Shown: piece by piece, positions 1 through 9,960 of the stretch
How positions within the stretch are numbered: position 1 is the first letter of the stretch
Layout: every line of letters starts with the position of its first letter
Assembly: GCF_004010195.1 (NCBI RefSeq)
Contig: NC_057718.1
Coordinates: 57,007,147 to 57,065,248, forward strand
From: Chiloscyllium plagiosum
Taxonomy: Eukaryota
Direction of reading: 5' to 3'
DNA: 58,102 nt
Notes under the pieces: generated by a model
The model's input: only the letters and a program-made list of their open reading frames with translations
What the model was told of the DNA's origin: nothing
Databases searched by the model: none
Translations under genes and position numbers: made by a program

Positions 1-1202
1 TTCTTGCGGTTGCAGGGGAAGGTGCCGGGAGTGGAGGTTGGGTTGGTTGGGGGTGTGGACCTGACGAGGGAGTCACGGAGGGAGTGGTCTTTTCGGAACG
101 CTGATAGGGGAGGGGAGGTAAATATATCACTGGTGGTGGGGTCCGTTTGGAGGTGGCGGAAATGGCGGCGGATGATACACTGTACATGGAGGACCAGTGG
201 GGTTCTGTCCTGGTGGCGGTTGGAGGGGCTGGGCTCAAGGGTGGAGGAGCAGGAAGTGGAAGAGATGCGGTGGAGGGCATCGTCGACTACGTCTGGCGGG
301 AAATTTCGGTCCTTGAAGGAGGCCATCTGGGTTGTATGGTTTTGGAACTGGTCCTCCTCGGAGCAGATGCGGCGGAGACGAAGGAATTGGGAATATGGGA
401 TGGCGTTTTTACAAGGGGCAGGGTGGGAGGAGGTGTAGTCTAGGTAGCTGTGGGAATCGGTCGGTTTATAGTAAGTGTCCGTTTCGATTTGGTCATCCGA
501 GATAGAAATGGAAAGGTCTAGGAAGGGGAGGGAGGAATCTGAGACGGTCCAGGTGAATTTGAGGTCATGGTGGAAGGTGTTGGTAAAGTGGATGAACTGT
601 TCAACCTCCTCGTGGGAGCACGAGGCAGCGCCGATACAGTCATCGATGTAGCGGAGGAAAAGGTGGGGGGTGGGGTCAGTGTAGCTGCAGAAGATGGACT
701 GTTCCACATATCCTACGAAGAGGCAGGCATAGCTGGGGCCCATGGCTACTCCTTTGGTTTGAAGGAAGTGGGAGGATTGGAAAGAGAAGTTGTTCAGGGT
801 GAGGACCAGTTCAGTCAGTCGGAGGGTGTCAGTAGAAGGGTACTGGTTGGTACGGCGGGAAAGGAAGAAGCGGAGGGCTTTACGTCCTTTGTGATGGGGG
901 ATGGAGGTGTACAGGGATTGGTGTCGATGGTGAAGATAAGGCATTGGAGACCAGGGAAGCAAAAATCATGGAGGAGGTGGAGGGCGTGGGTGGTGTCCAG
1001 AACGTAGGTGGGGAGTTCTTGGACTAAGGGGGACAGGACCGTGTCGAGATATGCAGAGATGAGTTCGGTGGGGCAGGAGCAGGCTGAGACAATGGGTCGA
1101 CCGGGGCAGTCAGGTTTGTGGATTTTGGGCAGGAGGCAGAAGCGGGCGGTGCGGGGTTGTGGGACTATGAGGTTGGAGGCGGTGGATGGGAGATCCCCTG
1201 AG
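1..1202 (-). mobile_element. Penelope-like element, RT region (decayed)
   Basis: Minus translation [31 protein letters not shown] plus the RYIDD region and IPYSQFLRLRRIC; runs into a gap. Confidence 0.9.
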
Positions 1203-1971
1203 NNNNNNNNNNNNNNNNNNNNNNNNNNNNNNNNNNNNNNNNNNNNNNNNNNNNNNNNNNNNNNNNNNNNNNNNNNNNNNNNNNNNNNNNNNNNNNNNNN
1301 NNNNNNNNNNNNNNNNNNNNNNNNNNNNNNNNNNNNNNNNNNNNNNNNNNNNNNNNNNNNNNNNNNNNNNNNNNNNNNNNNNNNNNNNNNNNNNNNNNNN
1401 NNNNNNNNNNNNNNNNNNNNNNNNNNNNNNNNNNNNNNNNNNNNNNNNNNNNNNNNNNNNNNNNNNNNNNNNNNNNNNNNNNNNNNNNNNNNNNNNNNNN
1501 NNNNNNNNNNNNNNNNNNNNNNNNNNNNNNNNNNNNNNNNNNNNNNNNNNNNNNNNNNNNNNNNNNNNNNNNNNNNNNNNNNNNNNNNNNNNNNNNNNNN
1601 NNNNNNNNNNNNNNNNNNNNNNNNNNNNNNNNNNNNNNNNNNNNNNNNNNNNNNNNNNNNNNNNNNNNNNNNNNNNNNNNNNNNNNNNNNNNNNNNNNNN
1701 NNNNNNNNNNNNNNNNNNNNNNNNNNNNNNNNNNNNNNNNNNNNNNNNNNNNNNNNNNNNNNNNNNNNNNNNNNNNNNNNNNNNNNNNNNNNNNNNNNNN
1801 NNNNNNNNNNNNNNNNNNNNNNNNNNNNNNNNNNNNNNNNNNNNNNNNNNNNNNNNNNNNNNNNNNNNNNNNNNNNNNNNNNNNNNNNNNNNNNNNNNNN
1901 NNNNNNNNNNNNNNNNNNNNNNNNNNNNNNNNNNNNNNNNNNNNNNNNNNNNNNNNNNNNNNNNNNNNNNN
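1203..1971. other. Assembly gap
   Basis: N run; other gaps at 16751-17631 and 25579-25601. Confidence 1.
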
Positions 1972-2368
1972 TGGCAACATGACGGTTGGAGGAAGAGCGC
2001 CTCATCTTCTGCCTGGGAACCCTCCAACCACAAGGGATGAACTCGGATTTCTCCAGTTTCCTCATTTCCCCTACCCCCACCTTGTCTCAGTCAAATCCCT
2101 CGAACTCAGCACTGCCTTCCTAACCTGCAATCGTCTTCCTGACCTCTCCGCCCCCACTCCACTCCGGCCTATCACCCTCACCTTCACCTCCCTCCACCTA
2201 TCGCATTTCCAAAGCCCATCCTCCAAGTCCCTCTTCCCTACCTTTTATCTCAGCCTGCTGGGCACACTTTCCTCATTCCTGAAGAAGGGCTTATGCCCGA
2301 AACATCGATTCTCCTGTTCCTTGGATGCTGCCTGACCTGCTGCGCTTTTCCAGCAACACATTTTCAGC
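1972..2368 (+). mobile_element. Penelope-like 3' end (GIY-YIG C-terminus plus pLTR tail), inverted relative to 1-1202
   Basis: RLEEERLIFCLGTLQPQGMNSDFSSF followed by a C-rich tail and CTGAAGA-AGGGC-TTAT-GCCC-GAAA. Confidence 0.85.
2275..2311 (+). ncRNA. Minimal type I hammerhead ribozyme-like motif
   Basis: CUGAAGA (2279-2285), stem II GGGC/GCCC, GAAA (2299-2302), then CAUC; stem I imperfect. Confidence 0.55.
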
Positions 2369-3217
2369 TGTGTTTTTTTTTTAAAAAGGCAGAGCGTTCA
2401 CAAAAAGACAAGTGCATTTTAATTTTGATGTTTAGTTAAGATGTTAGAGAATATTAGAACTTGAGACTGAGCTATTTAAGTTCTGTCAATTATTATTAAG
2501 GCTTCATTGGCTCCCTTCATATTGGAAATTCAAAGAATGCTGATCTCTACCAAAGTTACTGGTCTGTAACCACTGTAATTCTGATTGTTTTATTTGGGAA
2601 GTTTCATTCGGAGAACATATTCTAATATATTCTGCATTTGTTTCTCACTAATATTTGAGATTTTAAATCTGAACTGAAACTGCCTCTTCAGTGGCTAAAG
2701 CACAGGAAAGGACTGGAAACATTTTGTTGTTTTCTTGCTGTTCCAGATTTTGGAAATACTTTTCCTGACAGCTTTCACATTAGCCAAGTATTAATTTGTT
2801 CAAGGAAAATAATTTTTGAATAACCCAAATAGGGTCCCCTGAGGGTTTGATTTAAGGACCACTGATTGTTGTTTATAATTGACTGAATGGTTTAGGCAGT
2901 ACAATTTAGAAGTTTATGCATTTTATAAAATTTGATAATGTCATAAATAGTGAACAGAGTAACAGACGTCAAGATGACGGAGAATGTTGAAATAGGCAAA
3001 CACAATTTAGTGTAGTTAAATGTATGGCTGTTTTCACACTGATAACCACCATGGCAAGGAAGAAATGAGAGAGGAAATGCAGAGATACTTTCAGCAGTTA
3101 TCATCTCTAGAGTTTCACCATTCACAGGTAAAGCATGCCTTCAGACCACCGTCCACTCCTCCACAGCCTGATCCAACAGATTCAATTAGCTTCTACACTT
3201 TTTGTGCTCATGACTGA

Positions 3218-3504
3218 GGAGCTAACAACAGTGAAGAGGAGGTCTGCATGCTTTTGTCAGTGGCTTTCCTATGGATAACAAACCATGAGCTTTACCTTCT
3301 CTTGTGATCATTTAAGAGATATGAAGGTTCACTGATCAAGCTGACAACAAAACAGCCAGTTGGCTTTGTTACATTTGACAGCAGAGCAGGAGCAGAAGCA
3401 GCAAAGAATACTGCATTCATCTACCCTGCTGCTGCACTCAGATGCGCTGGTATCCTCCATCTGAAGCAACTCCAGAAAGATGAAAGCCTCATCAGTTTTG
3501 TTAA
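3218..3504 (+). pseudogene. RBPMS2: Processed RBPMS2 (Hermes) retrocopy with internal deletion, frameshifts and stops
   Basis: Reads [86 protein letters not shown]. Intronless across positions where the parent gene is spliced. [11 protein letters not shown] and RWYP favour RBPMS2 over RBPMS. Confidence 0.9.
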
Positions 3505-3509
3505 GTATT

Positions 3510-4965
3510 TAACTGCCCTTATTCAAGAATCCAGATTTCTCCATGGATCGGTGAGAAGGGCAGACTGGATTTTGTTTTCAGGTTGGACTTTACTGAAAGA
3601 GATTTTGAATAACTGGTTCATTACCACTCACCTTGGAGTGGGTGGATTGGTCACTATGGACTGTGGATTTAAGAACTTTACTGGTGAACCTTTTTTTCCC
3701 CCCCATGTGGGAGGATCCTGGGGATCCTATCTACTGCATGGACTAGTAATTTAATAATCATTGCATGTGTGTCAATAACTTGTTTAAATACTGGCAGTAA
3801 GATTTTTCTGAAGAAGGTGGTAGTGCCATCTAGGTGGTTATCATGGAATGATAAAAAAGAGGAAATGTGATAATAATGAGTTAATTTACTCTGCTGACCT
3901 GCAGGAAATTGGATGTCCCGAGGCTAGGGTGGTATACCTCTGACTTGCAGGTACCTTGTAAGAAATTTACATTCCCATCCCTTGCCATTCAGAGCCATTT
4001 ATATGGCCATCTCCTATTATTCCGAGATAATGATGCAAATGTAAATTATCATATTCAAAATCAAAAAAAATATTGCAGTTAGAATTCTGACTATTCCCTG
4101 TAGTTAAGAAATTATTCACAACAGATTTGACCATTTAAGGAATGATTTACATTACACTTTTTCCGGAGACGATTAGATCACTACATTATCTTGAGTGGCA
4201 TGTGACTATGAGGGAATGGATGTGGGTAGTCTTGTGGGCATTACTGACTGAGGAAAGTTTGTACTGTACAGTGCTTACTAAAATTTTGATTGTTCACAGA
4301 AGTTGGTGTATTGCAGCTGCATCAAGTACGTAAGAATGTCAGGACAAAAAGAATCTAACACTTGGACATTGAAAGTATCAATTACGATTTGCACCAAGAG
4401 TTGAATGGGAGGTTCACTCCAATAGTGCTAGTTGATGAAGTAGAGTTTTACATATCTTGATGATTTGATTAATACCCAGATTAGCAGATGAAACTATTTG
4501 CCTGGCATCAATATTAAGTTAAATGAGCAGAAATAAACTGAGTATGGTCAAACATATATCCAATTGTGCATCTTGTGGAATAATCACTTAGGTGTCTTTG
4601 AAAAGCCCTAATTCTTCTCTGAAAAAGTAGAAGAAATGAGCTTGCTCAGGGATCTGGTAAACTTGTTTGGGCCATCTGCTCAGCATGACCTTCTTGAGAT
4701 GTTACAGCTGGATATCAGACAGCTTGCTGAATCTGCTCTATGCTTCTGTTGGAGAACCTGCCTGAGATGACTGAGGACTTCAGAATCATGCATAATAATC
4801 TTGTCCTGTAATAGATTTGCTCTGTGATCTAAGACACATCCACTTTCAATATGGTTAGATTGAAGGATTCATAAGTTTTGAAGAATACTTTTGCCAGAAG
4901 ATAAAGCATTTTTGAGACTGAAAGACATTTTGATGATCGTCCTGCCATACATATGGTGTATCTTT
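3510..4965 (+). pseudogene. Candidate endogenous viral element: decayed Mononegavirales (paramyxovirus-like) L protein, methyltransferase and C-terminal region
   Basis: Ordered motifs across frameshifts: [10 protein letters not shown] (3712-3741), IFL-x-EGGSAI (3802-3830), TTDLT (4118-4132), LS*VACDYEGMD (4189-4221), VLTKILI (4271-4291), SNSAS (4418-4432). Followed by a long, sparsely stopped helical-looking frame (about 4296-4740). Confidence 0.5.
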
Positions 4966-5250
4966 CATAGAATCATACAGTAGAGAAAAGGCCCTTCAGC
5001 CCATCAAGTCTACACCAACAAAAATCTACATTTGTCCCACTTTCGAGCATGTGGCTCATATATTGAATGTTACGACATTTCAAGTGCTCCCGTTTTAATT
5101 TCTCTGCCAGGCAAGGCATTTCAGATTCCTACCATCTTCTGGGTCAAAAACAAATTTCCTCCAATCTCTTCTAAACCACCTACCTTTCTTCTTAAAATTA
5201 TGCACGCTTGTTATTGACCCTTCAACTAAAGGGAGCAGTTACTTTCTATG
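4966..5250 (-). mobile_element. CR1 LINE 3' end (old)
   Basis: Begins with catagaatc tail and ggcccttcagcccatc, the reverse complement of the shark CR1 3' end. Confidence 0.7.
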
Positions 5251-5439
5251 TACAAGTAAAAACTGCAGATGGTGACAACCTGAAAACTAAAACTGAAACT
5301 GCTGGGAGAAACTCAGCAGTTCTGATAGCATCTGTGGAGAGAAAGCAGAGTTAGCATTGAGTCACTGGGTCACTGAGTGTTTCCAGCAATTTCTTCTTTC
5401 ATCAACCAAACCAACCTCTGAACACAGGTAAAGAGTTTC

Positions 5440-5900
5440 CATTTCTGGTCTGCCTGCTATAGGAAGGATGTTGTGAAACTTAAAAAGGGTTCAAAAAAGA
5501 TTTACAAGAATGTTGCCAGGAGGGTTTGAGCTACAGACAGAGGCTGAATAGGCCAAAACTATTTTCACCTTTCTCGGAGGCTGAGGTGTGATCTCAGAGG
5601 TTTATTTAATCATGAGACAGGATTAGCGGAGTCCAAAACTGGACGGCATAGGTTTAAGGTGAAGGGGGTATGATTTAAAAAGGGACCGAAGGGGCAACTT
5701 TTTCATGTAGAGAATGATGTGTGGATGGAATGAGCTGCCAGAGAAAGGCTGGTACAATTACAACATTTAAAAGGCATCTGGATGGCTACATGAATAAGAA
5801 GGGTTTAGAGGGATATGAGCCAAGTGCTGACAAATCGGACTAGATTCGTTTACGAGTTGGGCCGAAGAGTCTGTTTCCATTCTATACATCTCTATGGCTA
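5440..5900 (+). mobile_element. CR1/HER1 LINE 3' end
   Basis: FWS.CYRKDVVKLKRVQKRFTRMLPG C-terminus; tail gttgggccgaag..ctgtttcc. Confidence 0.85.
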
Positions 5901-5904
5901 TTTG

Positions 5905-6265
5905 GCCCTTCATCTAGCCACTAAAACACAACAACCAGCTATCCTTAGTATCTATTCACAGACGACAAGGACCACAAATTCGACTGGGACAACACAACAA
6001 TAATAGGACAAGCCAACAGAGGACAGCCAGAGAATTGCTAGAGGTTTAGCACTCATCCACAGACTCCATCAATAAACACAGTGATCCAATATGCTGATCA
6101 CTACAACAAACCAGAAGCAACAGGAACTAAAGCGAATAGATTCCAAATGACAGTACAGCAGCACTTCACAGGAGATAACACAGCACGGAGGATGTCCCCT
6201 AGAAAGGGGACAAAACTTCTGCAAACCAAATTCACAGCAAGGCGAACATACCCACAACAACTGCA
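5905..6265 (+). mobile_element. Penelope-like 3' end of a second subfamily, with degenerate hammerhead
   Basis: ARELLE..HSSTDSINKH-type GIY-YIG end; CGGAGGA-T-GTCCCC-TAGAAA-GGGGAC-AAAA near 6186-6215 (mutated core). Confidence 0.6.
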
Positions 6266-8157
6266 GGTTCAAGATTCTTGCTCAGTGTGTGGCAGAGAGA
6301 GGGGACTATAGGGTAGAAGGGCTAACTGACCACACTATCATGGTACAGAAGCCATTTAAGTGGGCGGGAAAAAGGATAAATATAGTCATAATCAGGAATA
6401 TAGTTAGGGGATAGACATTGTTCTCTGTAGCTAATGTTGGTGCCTGTTTAAGCCCAACAGCCGTCAGCTGCATCTGCTGGTGTATACAGAGAGAAGAGTC
6501 AATGCTTATAACTTCACAAGTTACTTTAATAATGTATGTTTTATTTCAAACTAGAGCTTATATATTCCCACAAACTGAACTAAAACCTATATATGCACCC
6601 ACTCAAGATCTCCGACACTCCCAGACTAGTCACAGAATATACATGGTAATAAGTGATCTGGATAACTGTTTTGCTGCTGCTGCTGAGAGCTGATGTTGGC
6701 CAGACGCTGCTCTCTCTCACCCATAATGTCATCACATTCTGGATATGGGGTTTGCTTCTGTGATACTAGGTCTCCGGAGTTTGTTCCTGCATGCCCAGAG
6801 AGTCTTCCTTTCTCTCGCTCTCTCCAGAGTAGGGGCCTCAGTATATTACTTCATTGCCCCTCATCCAAATAAGCCTTCTGCATACCTCATCTTTCTTACT
6901 TCTTTCTGCAGAATATAGTTGGTACCAAACAGTACCTGGACTCCAGTTATTCTCTGTTCACAAGTAGTTTTCCCCTGCATGTCAGCAGTTTTTATTTACA
7001 CGGAGCATTCCTAGCCCGTCAGCAACTGGTACCTCTGTCTCTCTGCAGCCTTCTGGCTATCTCATTTTCAGGATAATGTTGCTGACTGGTAGAATAAGGG
7101 AAGAGGTTCTGCTGAGGGAATATAAGCAATAAGATGCTAAGTTTTAAAAAGAAAAAACGACAAAGGTAATAATCTCCAGGTTACTACTAGATTGATGAGT
7201 TAATGGGCACAAGATCAACAAGGTTAAAGTATTAAATTCCTATCTCAAAGATTGAGGCAGGGGAAATGGGTTCAAATTCATCAGACATTGATACCTGTAC
7301 TAGGGAAAGAGGTAGGTTTTCCATTTGGCCAGCCTCCACTTGAATCATGCTAGGACTAGAAACCAGGGCAAGGGAGTTTAGCTGCATGGAAAACTAAGTT
7401 AAAAGGAGAAGGTCAGAGTGCAAGTCAGAAAGGAGGCAAATTTATTACCAGAAAAGAAAAGTGAGAACAGTAGGGACAGTTGATAATAGGAGACACTTAA
7501 AAGGCTTTGTATCTGAATATGCATAGAATTTGGAATAAAATTCATGGAGTTAACAGTGCAAATGGAAACAAACAGGTATGATTTGCTGATCTCAGATGGG
7601 ATTACAGGTCTGGGAATAGAATATCCAAGGATACCCAATGTTTTAGAAGGGTAGATGAGAAGGAAAAGGAGGTGGTGTATTTGTTAGTAAATGATGATAT
7701 CAGTGCTGCAGTGAAGTTATTATTTTGGAAATGGAGATCATGATGTAGAATTAATCTGGATAAAAATAAATAGCAATGAAAGAGGTGCCTGATGGGGGTG
7801 ACCTATAGGTCCTCAAACAGTAGTTTCCACAGGAAACTATATAAACTAGGAAATACCAGGGGATTGTAAGAAAGGGACAAAATTAATCAAGGGTGATTTT
7901 TAATATACGCACAGACTGAATTAAATCAAACTGGCAAGGGTAGTCTGGAAGCAAAGTTCATTGAACATATTAAAGACTGTTTCTTAGAACAATATTTTGA
8001 AACCAGCCAGGGAGCAGGCAATCTTGGATTGAGTATTTATAAACAAGATGGGATTAACGATTGCATAGTAAAGGATCTTCTCGGAAATAGTCATCATAGC
8101 ATGCTAGAATTTCAAATTCAGTTTAAAAAAAAGACAAGAAAAACATTTTGATGTTAA

Positions 8158-8490
8158 ATAGAGTCATAGAGATGTACAGCACAGAAACTGACCCCGCTGT
8201 CCAACTCATCCATGCCGACCAGATATCCCAACCCAATCTAGTCCCACCTGCCAGCACCTGGCCCATATCCCTCCAAACCCTTCCTATTCCATATACCCAT
8301 CCAAATGCCTTTTAAATGTTGCAATTGTACCAGCCTCCACCACTTCCTCTGGCAGCTCATTCCATACACGTACCACCCTCTGCATGAAAAAGTTGCCTCT
8401 TAGTCTCTTATTTTTCCCCTTTCACCCTAAATCTATGCCCTCTAGATCTGAACACCCCGACTCCAGGGAAAAGACTTTGTCTATTTATCC
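8158..8490 (-). mobile_element. Young CR1/HER1 3' fragment
   Basis: Near-identical to 51440-51770. Confidence 0.9.
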
Positions 8491-8511
8491 TTAAATAAAA
8501 GCAATTATGCT

Positions 8512-8845
8512 GGCATGGTAGCACTGTGGTTATTACTGCTGCCTCACACCACCAGAGACCAGGTTCATTTTGAGCCTTGGACAATTGTGAGAAATGTTCA
8601 CGTTCTTCCTGTGTCTGCATGGGTTTCGTCCAAGTCCTGTTTCCTCCTACAGTCCAAAGACATGAAGGTGAGCTGGATTGGCCATGCTAAGTTAGCCCGT
8701 AGTGTCCGGGGATTTGCAGACTACATAGATTACCCACGATGGTTTATGGGACATGGTCAGGAGTTAGTTCTGGGTGGATGCTCTTTTCACAGTCAGTTCA
8801 GATTTCATGGGCAGAATGTCTTCCCACTGTAGGGGATTCTATGAC
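8512..8845 (+). mobile_element. Older HE1/V-SINE
   Basis: tRNA-like head, V-domain-like core, CR1-type tail ending attctatga. Confidence 0.75.
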
Positions 8846-9263
8846 TGAGAAAAAACATGGTCTAGTAAAATGGTAGAAAGGCTAAAAAGGAGGTTTGATT
8901 AAGTGGCAGACATTCAAGGAGAAATTCAAATTCCTCCAACTAAAAAGATTTCCTAGAGGACAGAAGATTGTGGGGAAAGCATCCACAGTTGAGCAAGGAG
9001 GATTAAGATAACTAAAGCATACCATATTGCAAAGGTCAGTGGCAGGCGTGGTGCACGCGTGTGTATGGTGTGTGTGACATTTTTGTTTACAAACCTAGAA
9101 AAGCAAAAAAGGTAAATGATCCAGTTGGCAAGTTCACCCCAAATCCCATCTGATCTAATTTTCATCTACGATGCAGAACTGTATCAAAGACTTTACAAAG
9201 GTTCAAGTAAACAAAGTTAAAAATCATAACACCAGGTTATAGTCCAACAGGTTTAATTGGAAG

Positions 9264-9300
9264 CACACTAGCTTTCGGAGCATTGCTCTTCATCAGGTGG
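9264..9300 (-). ncRNA. Minimal hammerhead ribozyme-like motif (inverted partner)
   Basis: Reverse complement ccacCUGAUGAaGAGCaauGCUCcGAAAgcUAgugug. Confidence 0.6.
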
Positions 9301-9310
9301 TAGTTGACTA

Positions 9311-9346
9311 CCACCTGATGAAGGAGCGACGCTCCGAAAGCTAGTC
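9311..9346 (+). ncRNA. Minimal hammerhead ribozyme-like motif
   Basis: CUGAUGA-A-GGAGC-GAC-GCUCC-GAAA-GC-UA; palindromic AGCU in stem III. Confidence 0.65.
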
Positions 9347-9639
9347 TGCTTCCAATTAAACCTGTTGGACTATAATCTAGTGTGAGATTTTTAACTTTGC
9401 ACACCCCAGTCCAACACCGGCATCTCCAAATCAAGTAAACATGGTCTACTGTTCTACCCCGAACAATCCTGGAGTTTGAGGAAGTAATGAAATCAAGTTT
9501 GACACGATTTCCCTCACACAAAATTATGCTGATTACCTTAGTATTCTTTGCCTCTCCAAAGCATTTAAATCCGATCTTTCAGAGTCACTTCCAACAACTG
9601 ACTCATAGTTCAAAGTTCCTAGGCATCGCCTTCCATCGT

Positions 9640-9960
9640 GGGCGGCACGGTGGCACAGTGATTAGCACTGCTGTCTCACAGCGCCAGAGACACGGGTTCA
9701 ATTCCCGACTCAGGTGACTGACTGTGTGGAGTTTGCACATTCTCCCCGTGCCTGCGTGGGTTTCCTCCGGGTGTTCCGGTTTCCTCCCACAGTCACAAAG
9801 ATGTGCGGGTTAGGTGAATTGGCCATGCTAATTTGCCCGTAGTGTTAGGTTAAAAGGGGTAAATATAGGGGTATGGGTGGGTTGCGCTTCGGCGGGTCAG
9901 TGTGGACTTGTTGGGCCGAAGGGCCTGTTTCCACACTAAGTAATCTAATCTAATCTAATC
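9640..9960 (+). mobile_element. HE1 SINE (V-SINE)
   Basis: GGGCGGCACGGTGGCACAGTG A-box, GGTTCAATTCC B-box, V domain, HER1-like tail and (TAATC)n. Confidence 0.93.

Larger units (their letters stand above)
6290..9040 (+). mobile_element. Old CR1 (ORF1 esterase plus APE endonuclease region), interrupted by other insertions
   Basis: Degraded IVRGID, VIISRLL, GVTYRSSNSS, IIKGDF and ILD motifs similar to the CR1 at 55.6-58.1 kb. Confidence 0.65.
9214..9430. mobile_element. Palindromic Penelope-terminus mini-element with 11-bp TSD
   Basis: Inverted arms of about 90 bp centred near 9305; TCAAGTAAACA at 9203-9213 and 9431-9441. Confidence 0.85.

Noticed and set aside
815..2080. Long ORFs of 270-490 aa here and at 16712-18220
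   Set aside because: Artefacts of translating through N gaps.
9640..9715. tRNA genes at SINE heads
   Set aside because: A/B boxes belong to HE1 and other SINEs; no complete cloverleaf.
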